A DNA stretch of 64,000 nucleotides from Gemmatimonadales bacterium. Lineage in GTDB: Bacteria > Gemmatimonadota > Gemmatimonadetes > Gemmatimonadales > GWC2-71-9. The notes below the pieces were generated by a model. That model had not been told where the DNA came from. It searched no databases and saw only the letters and a program-made list of their open reading frames with translations. A program made the position numbers and the translations under genes. The DNA is taken from the NCBI GenBank assembly GCA_036505055.1, contig DASXUE010000021.1:42467-106466 (forward strand), given 5' to 3'. Numbering within the stretch: position 1 is the stretch's first letter; each line of letters opens with the position of its first letter. This document shows positions 53,152 through 62,644 of this stretch, one piece after another.

Positions 53152-54324
53152 TTACTTCGACCCTGCCACCTGTGAACCCGTGGGTAGGGAGGTCGTCATC
53201 CCTCCCCACACAATCAGCTCCGGATTCCCCGGATCCGTCTGCATGCTCCAATCGAGGATCACATAATCCCGCGATACGTGGCTGACGCGCACGGCCCCGT
53301 ACCGCAGCGTCGTGCCCTCGACGATCTTGAACACGTATCCATACGTCGGGACCGCCTGGAACAGATTGCGGCTGTACCCAACCTCCGGGGCGAAGTCGAT
53401 CGAGGTGAGATCGGCCACCTGCCCGTACACTTGCATGCTCGTGCCGCTGAACCGGGGCTCGATCCACAACGTGTCACCCGCGGTGCGGGTCACCCGGAAG
53501 TCGATGTCCGTCGCGTTGCCGCTCTCGACCAGCCCAAGCTCCGAGCTCTGTCCGCGGCCGTCGCTGTTGGCGTCGTTCCAGAACCGGAACCCCGCCTGCG
53601 CCGCGTTTTGCTGCACCGCGTAGACGAGCACGTTGCGCGCGTCGGGGCGCGGTGTGTCCTGCCGCAGCGGCGACCAGAGGCTCTCGTAGCCCTCCCGGCT
53701 GACCGCGGAAATGCCGAAGCAGCGTGGGACGCCGTTCGTCAAGGCGCTGGCTAGGAACTCGGGAGCGACGGTGGTGCCCTCGAGCGACCAATTGGCGCCG
53801 CACAGGCCGAGATCGAGATCGTAGGAGGTGCTGTAGATACGGTACCACTTGAAGCGAGTCGAGTCGGCCGTGTACGCGTTATCCGACCACTCCAGGTGGA
53901 TCGCCCCGTTGAGCGAGATCGAGAGCAGGCTCGACGGGCGATCGAGCTGCATGCGCTCGTCGACCGTGATGACGTTGCTCGCATCGCTCTCGTTGCCGTT
54001 GTCGTCGACGGCCGTGACGAAATAATCCAGGTGCGGCACGCCGTTGTCGTGGAAGGTGTTGGACGTCGTTTCGCCGCGCAGCCCGTACCCGCCGGTGCTC
54101 GAGCCACGCGAGTAGATGCGGTAGCTCGCGAGGTCGAAGTCCGTGACCGGATCCCAGCTCAGCAGAATGCCGAGGGGGCGGTTCGGGTCCCCACTCGGCT
54201 CGAGTTCGTAGGAGAGATTGGCCGGCGTGGACGGTATGGAGCCGGAGCCGTCCACGAGGGCGTCCTGACACGCGGCGGCCACGAGAACCAAACCGATCGC
54301 GGAGTATTGAAGGACACGACGCAT
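53152..54324 (-). CDS. lipoprotein with fibronectin type III-like domains
   Basis: ATG 54324 gives MRRVLQYSAIGLVLVAAAC (lipobox). FN3-like segments such as P..L.....L.W....D.DLASYRIY.... Confidence 0.65.
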   Translation of the reverse strand: MRRVLQYSAIGLVLVAAACQDALVDGSGSIPSTPANLSYELEPSGDPNRPLGILLSWDPVTDFDLASYRIYSRGSSTGGYGLRGETTSNTFHDNGVPHLDYFVTAVDDNGNESDASNVITVDERMQLDRPSSLLSISLNGAIHLEWSDNAYTADSTRFKWYRIYSTSYDLDLGLCGANWSLEGTTVAPEFLASALTNGVPRCFGISAVSREGYESLWSPLRQDTPRPDARNVLVYAVQQNAAQAGFRFWNDANSDGRGQSSELGLVESGNATDIDFRVTRTAGDTLWIEPRFSGTSMQVYGQVADLTSIDFAPEVGYSRNLFQAVPTYGYVFKIVEGTTLRYGAVRVSHVSRDYVILDWSMQTDPGNPELIVWGGMTTSLPTGSQVAGSK

Positions 54325-54503
54325 AAGGGCCTCACGAGGTAGACGGCCCGAGGGTAGGCACGAGACGTGCCGACGGCTAACCCGTAGAGCTGCGGCTAGT
54401 TGCGCACGCCCGCCAAGCTTCAAGTGTCACTACGAGAGGACAGTGATCAGATGAGTTGCACAGACAACTTCTCTGAACGCTCGTGACTTGTTGTCTGGGA
54501 ACG

Positions 54504-57500
54504 TCAGGGGTTCGCGAACGTGTGCTGGTCGTAGTCGAACTTGATGTCCGTCTGATCGATGAGTGCAATGTTGAAGCTGAAGGCGAAGTTGCCGTTGGCG
54601 CTCTTGGTGATCACGAAGCTGGCGCGCCAGCGGTGCAGGTCCCGCTCGAACCGGACGTAGTGGTTGGCGAACTGGCGCGTGTCGAAGTCGTACTGCGTCG
54701 ACCAGTTGCCGGTCCAGTGAGGGGTGGGGCTGAACGACAGGTTCAGGGTGGCGGTCTGGCGCCCGCCGCGGCTGCGCAGGGCTGCCGTAGTGTCGCCCCG
54801 GCTGCGGCTACTCGAGTATCCCACCGTCAAAGCGAACTGGCGGCTCCCGCCCGCGCCAGGGCCAAACGGGCCTCCTGGTATGGGCGAGCCGGGATAGTGC
54901 GGTACCCCCCCCCCGCCGGGACCAGGCTGCGGCGCCGTTTGCGTGGTGTCGGGCGTGGGCTCCGGCGTAGACCGCCGCGCGGCGAGCCCAACCAGCGCCG
55001 CGAGGCCACGGAGCGTCCCGGGGTTGATCGTGAACGTCGAGAGCTGCACGCTGGTGAGGAACGGGTGGAACCGCGTCGTGTCCAAGCCGACGGTACCGTC
55101 CCACAGGTCGTGCGTGAGTGTGATCGAGAACCCCCGGATGAGATCCGAGGTGATAGTGTTAGACAGCGTCGGGGTCTGCCACCCGACCCGGTGGGCCTGC
55201 TTGGCCTGCTCGAAGTTATAGCTGATGGCGCTGGTGTTGATGCCGAGCAGCCGGATTTTGCGGGGTTCCGACGTGGTATCCCCGGGAGGCGGCTTGAGCT
55301 TCGCCTCGATGTTCTGCGACAAGCCGATCGAGATCGTCTGCTGGGGGTCGGTATGCGAGTTGAGTCTCGTTCCGGCGGGGTCGAAGGCCCGGGCGTATGC
55401 CTCCGGCACCTGGACACCGGGGGCATACTGGTAGCTGATCAGCGGCGACACCGAGTGGCGGATGCGCTGTAGCGGCCCGACCCCGGGGAAGAATCCGAAG
55501 AAGGCCGGCGACAGGCTGGCGGTGAAGGCCACGCGCTTCCCCTGCTGCACAAATTCTCCGCCGGAGAACTGATTCTTGAGCATGAACGGCCCGCTCGTGG
55601 TGTTGATGATCGCAATCCCCGGTTGGAGCTTCCACGTCCCCGTAAAGAACGAGGGCAGGTTGATGCTCGTCTGCCACTCCACGGCGGTTTCGAACGTCTG
55701 GGCGTAGGTCACGCGCCGAACGCCTCCTGGCGCCGTGGAATCGGGAATCACGAACGCCGCGCGCTGATCGCTCACGACGTCCGAGATGGCAATGCTGTTC
55801 GACCAGTTCCACCGCCCGATCCGCAGCGGCGTCTGGATGTTGATGGTCGTGTGCCGGTCGCCGAAGAACCGCGGCAGGGTGTCAACCGAGCTCGAGTCGC
55901 CGGGCGCGCTCGGGATGAGCAGACCCGTCGTCGGGTTGTGGAACGTCTGGGCATTCGAGAAACTGAACCCCGGCGACCACGTCATCCACGATGACACGTT
56001 GATGGGCGACGGCGTGAGATTCACCGTCGGGATCGATTGGTTCACGAGGCCCGTCGACAGCTCTTGACCGCGGCTCCCCCCGATGGCCAGCGTACCCCAC
56101 GAAAAGCGCTTGCTGAAGTTCACGTTGGAGGAGAGGCGCGCGGTGACCAGATTGGGATCGAGGCTGTTGCGCGCGATGATCACGGGCTTCGGGTCGTAAT
56201 TGATGCTCGAGGTGAGGCTCGTCCGCGAGTCGAACTGCTGGGAATGGTTCCACACGATGTGACTCGAGATCCCCTGCGCATCGAGTTGTTGCGTGCGCGT
56301 GTAGGACAGGCCGCCCCGCATGAAGCGATTGAGCCAGTTGTAGTTGGTCTCCGCGCGCAGCGCCAACACCCGCGCCGCATACCAGTCGGCCGACACGAGC
56401 AGATCCAGGTAGTCGTTGATGGCGAAGTAGTAACCGAAGTCCGTGACGTGCCGCTGGTAGCCGCGGCTGGTGCGCACGAGGTCGTTGAGCCCGAAGCGGG
56501 GCACCAGGATGCCGCTGCGCCGGCCCGACCGCATGTCCTGGAAGATGAACGGCAGCCACATGACCGGGACGTCGCGCACGTACAAGACCGCGGGACGTGC
56601 CACCATCACGTTCTTGTTGAGCCACTTCACCTGACCCGCCAAGAAGTGATAGTCCGGAACCGGCTGCTCGTCGGAGGTGAACCGCGCGCCTGCCCCGTAC
56701 ACGCGCGTCGTCCCCGAGTCCACTGCGAGGTTGCCGCGGACCCACCAGTTGGCTCCGCCCTGCTGCACGCTGGTCAGCGCCTCCCGGACGGTGCCGCGCC
56801 GGATGCAGGTGTCGTACCGCATCCCCTCCCCGACGAGGACGGTCCCCTGATCGAACAGCTTCGGGTCGCCGTCCGCGTCGAGCCGGCAGCTCGCCTGCCA
56901 ATAGCGGATCGCCTCCGCCTCGAGCTTCGTCCCTTCGCGATCCACGAATCCGTGCCCCTGCAGCGACAGGCTGTCCCCCTCGACGATGAGGCTGTCCGCG
57001 ACGTACTGGGTGATGCGGAAACCCTGCAGTTTGAGGAGCGAGTCGATCACCGGGTCGGACTTCGGGAAGCTGCGGCTCGGAGCGGTGGGCAGGCCGAGCC
57101 GGCGCGCGGTCGCGGAATCGACGCTCTGCCCCGTCACCGGCTTCACACCGAGCTTCTGGCTGTCCGCCGCCGTGGGCTTCCCCTGCGCCTCGAGGGAGCC
57201 GGCTCCCAAGGCCAGCAGGACGAGCAGCGCCGCTCCGGCGCCAGACGTGGCCTCGCGCCGGGCCCGGCGCCGGCTGGCCACATAGGCGCACCAGATGCTG
57301 ACTTCGTACAGCAGCAGCAGGGGCCCGAGCATCAGCATCATCGAGAGCGCATCGGGTGGGGTGAGGATCGCCGCGATGAACGCGGCGATGACAATGGCGT
57401 AGCGCCGGTGCCGCGCGAGGAACTGCGGCGTGACGAGCCCGAGCGAGGCGAGGATGGTCACCACGAGCGGCAGCTCCGCCACCACGCCGCAGCCGACGAC

Positions 57501-57995
57501 GAACGGCACCGCCATGGCGAAGTAGCGGTCGATCGTGATCATCGGCGCGAGGTCTTCGCGCTGAAAACTGAGGAACACCTTGAGGGCGGCGGGAAAGAGC
57601 CACAGGTAGCAGGCGACCGCGCCGGCGATGAACAGCACGACGCCGACGGCCAGCGCCGGCACGATGAGGCGACGTTCGCGGTCGTACAGCGCGGGGGCGA
57701 GGAACGCCCAGATCTGGTAGATCACGACGGGCGACGCGAGCAGGCACCCCACCGCGAGGGCCACCTTCAGGGTCAGGAGAAACGGCTCCGCCGGGCTCGT
57801 GAACACCAACCGGCCGCCCGGGAGATACGGCGCGATGGGCCGCTTCAGGATCTCGATGACGTCGACTTGCTGGACCGCGAACCACCCGATGGCCGTGCCG
57901 ACGGCGATGGCGAGCAGGCTCCACAGGATGCGCCAGCGCAGCTCCTCGAGGTGATCGAGGAACGGCATTTCGCCGCGCGACGACCGGTCAGGCAC
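54504..57995 (-). CDS. tatC: in-frame fusion: TatC translocase (aa 1-~245) + signal-peptide-like TM + LptD/OstA-like outer-membrane domain (~890 aa)
   Basis: N-terminus ...MPFLDHLEELRWRIL... with six TM segments typical of TatC. It is followed without a stop by RRRARREATSGAGAALLVLLALGAGSLEAQG. The LptD-like body contains RSGRRSGILVPRFGLND...YYFAINDYLD. Confidence 0.75.
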   Translation of the reverse strand: MPDRSSRGEMPFLDHLEELRWRILWSLLAIAVGTAIGWFAVQQVDVIEILKRPIAPYLPGGRLVFTSPAEPFLLTLKVALAVGCLLASPVVIYQIWAFLAPALYDRERRLIVPALAVGVVLFIAGAVACYLWLFPAALKVFLSFQREDLAPMITIDRYFAMAVPFVVGCGVVAELPLVVTILASLGLVTPQFLARHRRYAIVIAAFIAAILTPPDALSMMLMLGPLLLLYEVSIWCAYVASRRRARREATSGAGAALLVLLALGAGSLEAQGKPTAADSQKLGVKPVTGQSVDSATARRLGLPTAPSRSFPKSDPVIDSLLKLQGFRITQYVADSLIVEGDSLSLQGHGFVDREGTKLEAEAIRYWQASCRLDADGDPKLFDQGTVLVGEGMRYDTCIRRGTVREALTSVQQGGANWWVRGNLAVDSGTTRVYGAGARFTSDEQPVPDYHFLAGQVKWLNKNVMVARPAVLYVRDVPVMWLPFIFQDMRSGRRSGILVPRFGLNDLVRTSRGYQRHVTDFGYYFAINDYLDLLVSADWYAARVLALRAETNYNWLNRFMRGGLSYTRTQQLDAQGISSHIVWNHSQQFDSRTSLTSSINYDPKPVIIARNSLDPNLVTARLSSNVNFSKRFSWGTLAIGGSRGQELSTGLVNQSIPTVNLTPSPINVSSWMTWSPGFSFSNAQTFHNPTTGLLIPSAPGDSSSVDTLPRFFGDRHTTINIQTPLRIGRWNWSNSIAISDVVSDQRAAFVIPDSTAPGGVRRVTYAQTFETAVEWQTSINLPSFFTGTWKLQPGIAIINTTSGPFMLKNQFSGGEFVQQGKRVAFTASLSPAFFGFFPGVGPLQRIRHSVSPLISYQYAPGVQVPEAYARAFDPAGTRLNSHTDPQQTISIGLSQNIEAKLKPPPGDTTSEPRKIRLLGINTSAISYNFEQAKQAHRVGWQTPTLSNTITSDLIRGFSITLTHDLWDGTVGLDTTRFHPFLTSVQLSTFTINPGTLRGLAALVGLAARRSTPEPTPDTTQTAPQPGPGGGGVPHYPGSPIPGGPFGPGAGGSRQFALTVGYSSSRSRGDTTAALRSRGGRQTATLNLSFSPTPHWTGNWSTQYDFDTRQFANHYVRFERDLHRWRASFVITKSANGNFAFSFNIALIDQTDIKFDYDQHTFANP

Positions 57996-58004
57996 GGGCG
58001 CCCG

Positions 58005-58802
58005 CTAGGGCCGCAGGCGTTGTTGATTCTGGCGCGCGAGGTCGGCTTCGGGGGAGCGCGGATAACCCGCGATGACGCGCTGGTACAACGTGCGGGCACC
58101 GGCGCGGTCCCCCCGCTGCTCGGCAAGCAGGCCCTGCTTGTAGAGGGCCGACGGCGCACGCGGCGAGTTGGGATAGGTCTTCACGACCTGCTGATACACC
58201 GCGACGGCCGAGTCGGGGCTCTCCCGCTCGAAGCTCTCACCGATGTAAAACAACGCGTCGGCGGCCCGTTCGTTGGTGGGGAAGACGCGAAGGAACTCGC
58301 GGAAGCCCAGCCGGGCCGTGGACAGGCTCCCGCGCCGGTATTGTTGCAACGACAAGTCGTACATCTGGTCGGGGCCCGGACCCGCGGCGTTGCCGGAGGG
58401 ACCGACGGGCGCGCCTCCCGCCACGGAAGGCAGGATGGGCTCGGGTTGCTGCGCCCGCGACTCGATGCGGGACCGCAGCTCGGTGAGCCGCTGCTGGCTC
58501 TGCCCCGTCAATTCCTGCACCGCCACGAGCTGCTGCTGCACGGCGAGCAGGTCGGTGCGCAGGTCGCCGCGCAGTTGCACCAGATAGGCTTGCTGCGCCG
58601 CCAGAGTCTGCTGCACGACGCGGATCACGGCCAGGATCGAGTCCCGCTCCGCGGCCCGCGTCGAATCGCTGTGCGCCACGTCGGCGCGCAGCGACGCGAC
58701 CTGGAGCTCGACCTTCCGGACGTCGCCTCGCAGCGCGCAGCCGGCGACGAGCCCCAGGGCGACGACCAGCGAACTACGGCCGGCGGAGTGAGTCGCCACC
58801 AC
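58005..58802 (-). CDS. cpoB: Tol-Pal system protein CpoB/YbgF (coiled coil + TPR)
   Basis: GTG 58802 or 58799. Lipobox LGLVAGC, a coiled-coil region, and a C-terminal TPR block (ALFYIGESF..., ALYKQGLLAEQRGD). Confidence 0.7.
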   Translation of the reverse strand: MVATHSAGRSSLVVALGLVAGCALRGDVRKVELQVASLRADVAHSDSTRAAERDSILAVIRVVQQTLAAQQAYLVQLRGDLRTDLLAVQQQLVAVQELTGQSQQRLTELRSRIESRAQQPEPILPSVAGGAPVGPSGNAAGPGPDQMYDLSLQQYRRGSLSTARLGFREFLRVFPTNERAADALFYIGESFERESPDSAVAVYQQVVKTYPNSPRAPSALYKQGLLAEQRGDRAGARTLYQRVIAGYPRSPEADLARQNQQRLRP

Positions 58803-59391
58803 CGATGATCTCGAACTCGTCGCGGCGGTTCTGCGACCACGCGCTCTCGTCGTGGCCGTCGACGAGCGGCTTCTCCTCGCCCCACGACTGGGTCTCAATG
58901 CGTCCCGCGTCGATCCCGTGACTGACCAGGTACTGCTTGGCCGCCTGCGCGCGCCGGTTGCCGAGCGCCAGGTTGTACTCGTCGGAACCGCGCTCATCGC
59001 AGTGCCCGTTGATGCGGATGCGCGCTTCGGGGTTCGCCTGGAGGATGGCGATCTTCTGATCCAGCGTCGCCGCGTCCTCGGGGCGGATGTTCGCCTTGTC
59101 ATAGTCGAAGTGGATCATCGTGGCCAGCATGTTGCGCACTTCTTCGGTCGACCGGCCGAGGGCGGCCAGCGAGTCGGCCTCGCGCTGCCGGGCGACCCGC
59201 TCGGCTTCCTCACGCTGCCGGCGGTCGGCCTCTTCCCGCGCCAACCGCTCCTGCTCGGCCTGCTGCGCGGCCGCGGCCGAATCGGCGTTGGGCTGCGGAG
59301 CGGCCTGCTCGACGGGCTTCTTCCCGCCGCACGCGCTGGCGACCACCGCCGCGCTGAGGCCGATCACGAAGAGCAACGATACCGGTTTCAT
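58774..59391 (-). CDS. pal: peptidoglycan-associated lipoprotein (OmpA-like)
   Basis: Lipobox VVASAC and an OmpA C-terminal domain (HCDERGSDEYNLALGNRRA...NRRDEF). Confidence 0.85.
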   Translation of the reverse strand: MKPVSLLFVIGLSAAVVASACGGKKPVEQAAPQPNADSAAAAQQAEQERLAREEADRRQREEAERVARQREADSLAALGRSTEEVRNMLATMIHFDYDKANIRPEDAATLDQKIAILQANPEARIRINGHCDERGSDEYNLALGNRRAQAAKQYLVSHGIDAGRIETQSWGEEKPLVDGHDESAWSQNRRDEFEIIGGGDSLRRP

Positions 59392-59403
59392 CTATCTCTC
59401 CAA

Positions 59404-60777
59404 TCAGGGGGTGGAAGAGGTAGCCTCCGGAATCCGTGGAGACCAGGCCGGCAGCCGCGCGCCGCTCTGCTGCAGCAGCGGACGAATCCGGCCGGTGTCG
59501 AGATCGATGATCCACAACCGGCGGTACCCGGACCGATCCGAAACGAACGCCAAGTGCCGGCTGTCCGGGGCCCAGGTGGGATCTTCGTTGCGCCCCACCG
59601 AGGTGAGCTGCCGGACCGCGCGGGTACGCACGTCCAGCACGAACACCTGCAGCGTCCCGGCTACGTCGCGGTGGAACGCCACCGACTGCCCGTCGGGCGA
59701 CCACTCCGGCGCGTTGGACGAACCGGTGACACCGTAGTCGAACGGGGCGAAGAGCTGCTGGTCCGTCCCGTCCGCCGCCATCACGTACACCTGCGGCAAC
59801 CCCGGCCGCGTCGAGACGAACGCGACGCGCTGCCCGTCGGGACTGAACGTCGGGGACAAGTTGTCAGAAAAGCGCCCCACGGTCAAGCGCCGGAGACAGC
59901 AGTTGTCCTTGATGTTGATCGTATAGATATCGGTGCCCTCTTCGGTCGCACGGCTGAACGCGAGCGTCTGCCCGTCGGGCGAGAATGCCGGCGTGAAGTC
60001 CAGGGACTTCCCCGTCGTCGCCACGGCCGTTCGCTTCGCCGTCGCCACGTCGTAGAGGAAGAGCTGGCCGCGGCCCGCCTGAAACTCCATGTAGGCGAAC
60101 TTCCGCCCGTCTCTCGCCCAGGCCGGCGACATCGCCTGCCGGTCGCTGGACGACACAAGCTTGAGCTCGGCGCCGTCCTGATCGATCTGATAGACCTTCC
60201 CGTCGCGCACGAAGAGCACGCGCGTCGCCGCGATCCCCGGGACGCCGAGGGCGGCCTGGACGACCTGGTCGGTGAGCCGATGGACCGCCTGCCGGAAGTC
60301 GGGGGTGCCGGGCACCGGCAGCGTCGCGCGGAACGAGCGCCGCACACCTCCGGCTGCGACGTCGTGGAGCGTCATGACGGTCGTATCCCCCGCCGCGCGC
60401 ACATCCAGCGCGAAATCCGCGCCCAGCGCCTGGTACAACGGGTAATTCAGGTCCGCCGCCTGCGCGCCACCCGAGGGTGCACCCGCCGCCGCGCGGGGTG
60501 GAGCGCCCGGCCTCGGCACGGCCAGCCGGATCGAATCGCCGCCGGGGAGCGTGATCAGCTCAAACCGATCGCTGTAGTCCAGGTCCCGCACGAGCAACGT
60601 CCGCACCGAGTCGAGCCCGCCGCGGCGGGGCAGCATGACGAAGCCCGGCCGCACGCCGGGCCGGTAGATGATGCCGATCCGCACGCCGCGGTCGATCGAG
60701 GACGTGTCCTGACCGTCGGACGGTCGGACGGTCGGACCGACGGACAACAGCAAGGCAACAAACAGGGCACGCTTCAT
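59404..60777 (-). CDS. tolB: Tol-Pal system beta-propeller protein TolB
   Basis: ATG 60777 (ATGA overlap). Repeated SPDG/WSPDG propeller blades. Confidence 0.9.
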   Translation of the reverse strand: MKRALFVALLLSVGPTVRPSDGQDTSSIDRGVRIGIIYRPGVRPGFVMLPRRGGLDSVRTLLVRDLDYSDRFELITLPGGDSIRLAVPRPGAPPRAAAGAPSGGAQAADLNYPLYQALGADFALDVRAAGDTTVMTLHDVAAGGVRRSFRATLPVPGTPDFRQAVHRLTDQVVQAALGVPGIAATRVLFVRDGKVYQIDQDGAELKLVSSSDRQAMSPAWARDGRKFAYMEFQAGRGQLFLYDVATAKRTAVATTGKSLDFTPAFSPDGQTLAFSRATEEGTDIYTINIKDNCCLRRLTVGRFSDNLSPTFSPDGQRVAFVSTRPGLPQVYVMAADGTDQQLFAPFDYGVTGSSNAPEWSPDGQSVAFHRDVAGTLQVFVLDVRTRAVRQLTSVGRNEDPTWAPDSRHLAFVSDRSGYRRLWIIDLDTGRIRPLLQQSGARLPAWSPRIPEATSSTP

Positions 60778-61457
60778 TGGCGTTGCCCCGAGAAGTAGAA
60801 CCGTACGAATAGCACCTCCGCCGGCCATCCGGCCGGCAGATCGCCGAAGGCCTTGAATCGTCCCGCGGCTTCCACGGCGCCCTGCGCCTCCAGGTCGAAG
60901 CCGTAGTTGCCCGAGCGGTGAATGAGCTGCAGGCCCGTCACGGAGCCGTCGCGATGCACGAAGAACGAAACCTCCGCTTCGAGGGGCGTACTCTGCTCGG
61001 GCCGTTGCCAGCGCCGCAGCACTTGCGACACGATGTTCTGCAAGTACTCCGGGAAAGGAAACTCCACCCCTTCCGTGCTCACCGTCGCGACATCGTGCCC
61101 CGTGGACGGGCGCTCCCCCGGGAGCGGTTGGGCATTCGGCGTCGTCCGCGGCGCGGCTTCCCGTTGTGTGCGGTCCGCGTTGGGCGGCGGCGCGGCCCGC
61201 GACACGGTGCTCTTGGGCGGCGGCTTCGCGGCCGGCACGGGCGCCGGCTGCTCGGCTGCCGGCCGATCGAACGCCTCCGGAGCCCGGCGCGCTTCCTGAT
61301 CCGGCGCCGGCGCGGCGACGAGACGCACGCGATACGTCGGCGGAAGCGGCTGGCGCGCGTCGGCGGCGGCGAACAGAAACGCCCCCGCAACGGCGTGCAC
61401 CGCCACAGTCCCCGCCAGCGCGAGCCCCGAATGGGTCGGCGCGCGTCGCCGGCTCAC
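60774..61457 (-). CDS. TolA/TonB-family energy-transducer protein
   Basis: GTG 61457 (GTGA overlap). Single TM, a Pro-rich linker, and a TonB_C-like tail (YLQNIVSQVLRRW...GSVTGLQLIHRSG). Confidence 0.7.
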   Translation of the reverse strand: MSRRRAPTHSGLALAGTVAVHAVAGAFLFAAADARQPLPPTYRVRLVAAPAPDQEARRAPEAFDRPAAEQPAPVPAAKPPPKSTVSRAAPPPNADRTQREAAPRTTPNAQPLPGERPSTGHDVATVSTEGVEFPFPEYLQNIVSQVLRRWQRPEQSTPLEAEVSFFVHRDGSVTGLQLIHRSGNYGFDLEAQGAVEAAGRFKAFGDLPAGWPAEVLFVRFYFSGQRQ

Positions 61458-61891
61458 CGGTCGATCGTCTCCGGCTCGGCCACGAGTCCGACGTCCGCAA
61501 TGCCCGCAGCGCGGATCACCGCCAGGACCTGCACGACGCTGGCATACGCGACCCGTCCGTCGGCTCGCAGATACACCCCCGACGGGCGTTTGGTTCGCAC
61601 GAAGGCGGGGAAGGTGGCCCGGAAGTCTTCGTAGCTCAGCGCGGCCTGATCGAGGTAAATGCGGCCTTCCCGGTCGAGCGTCACTATGAGGCCCTGCTTG
61701 GGCTCGATGGGGCGGGCCTGAGCGCGGGGGAGCCGCACGTCGACGCCGCCCTGCATGATCGGGGCCGTGATCATGAAGATGATCAGCAGGACGAAGGCGA
61801 CATCCACGAGCGACGTGACGTTGATATCGGCGTTCAAGGGCAGCTCGCCGTGGCCCCGCAGCCCGCCCGCGCCGCCCAGCAGTCCGGCCAT
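61454..61891 (-). CDS. tolR: ExbD/TolR family protein
   Basis: ATG 61891. DINVTSLVDVAFVLLIIFMI motif. Confidence 0.85.
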   Translation of the reverse strand: MAGLLGGAGGLRGHGELPLNADINVTSLVDVAFVLLIIFMITAPIMQGGVDVRLPRAQARPIEPKQGLIVTLDREGRIYLDQAALSYEDFRATFPAFVRTKRPSGVYLRADGRVAYASVVQVLAVIRAAGIADVGLVAEPETIDR

Positions 61892-62628
61892 TAGAGCCGC
61901 CCTTCCCGGGCCATCGACGCGATGATCTCCTGCGCGAAGCCCTCGAGCTCGCCCGCAAACAGCCCGAGGCGGTTGACGAGAATGTTGTACGCCATGACGG
62001 CGGGGACGGCGACGGCGAGGCCGCCGACCGTGGTCACCAACGCCTCCGCGACGCCCGGCGCGACGGCGGAGATGTTGCCCGACCCGCCGACCGCGATCCC
62101 GATGAACGCGTCCATGACGCCGAGAACCGTGCCGAGCAACCCAAGCAACGGGCTCACCGAGCCGAACGTGGCGAGCCAGGGGATGAATCGGGCGGCGGCG
62201 TCCCGCTCCGCGGCGACCTCCTTGGCCAGCACCATGCGCAGGGCTTCGAGCTGCGTGGCCGTGAGCGTGGCGGACCCGCCGGAGGAGGGGGGGGGGGAGG
62301 CCGCCGCCGCCGGCTTCAGGCTGCCCGGTTTCAGCTCCGAGAAGAAATGGATCCCCTCGCGCAACAGCCGGTTGTACGGCGACGGCGGGAGGCGCATGGC
62401 GGCGTGGTAGGCGTCTTCCAGGCGGGGGGCCTTTTCCAGCTCGACGACGAACCCGTCGCCCAGCTGCCGCATGCGGCGGAATTGCCACCACTTCAACACG
62501 ATGAGGTACCACGACACCACCGAGAAGACCGCGAGGACCGCGAGGACGAACTGCGTCTCGCGGCTCGACGTGAGCACCAGCTCCCACGGCGTGGTGGGGA
62601 CCGCTCGGCCAACTTGTAGCAGCAGCAC
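61891..62628 (-). CDS. tolQ: MotA/TolQ/ExbB proton-channel protein
   Basis: GTG 62628 is preceded by GGAGG 5 nt upstream. C-terminal channel motifs (GLLGTVLGVM...APGVAEALVTT). Confidence 0.85.
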   Translation of the reverse strand: MLLLQVGRAVPTTPWELVLTSSRETQFVLAVLAVFSVVSWYLIVLKWWQFRRMRQLGDGFVVELEKAPRLEDAYHAAMRLPPSPYNRLLREGIHFFSELKPGSLKPAAAASPPPSSGGSATLTATQLEALRMVLAKEVAAERDAAARFIPWLATFGSVSPLLGLLGTVLGVMDAFIGIAVGGSGNISAVAPGVAEALVTTVGGLAVAVPAVMAYNILVNRLGLFAGELEGFAQEIIASMAREGRL

Positions 62629-62644
62629 GCTTGCCTCCACGAAG

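Noticed and set aside
54325-54503. A 179-nt intergenic region with small hairpins (cagacaac...gttgtctg and ggcacg-tct-cgtgcc), considered as an sRNA or terminator.
   Set aside because: The stems are short or have large loops, there is no U-tract, and there is no similarity to other parts of the window. The evidence is not sufficient.
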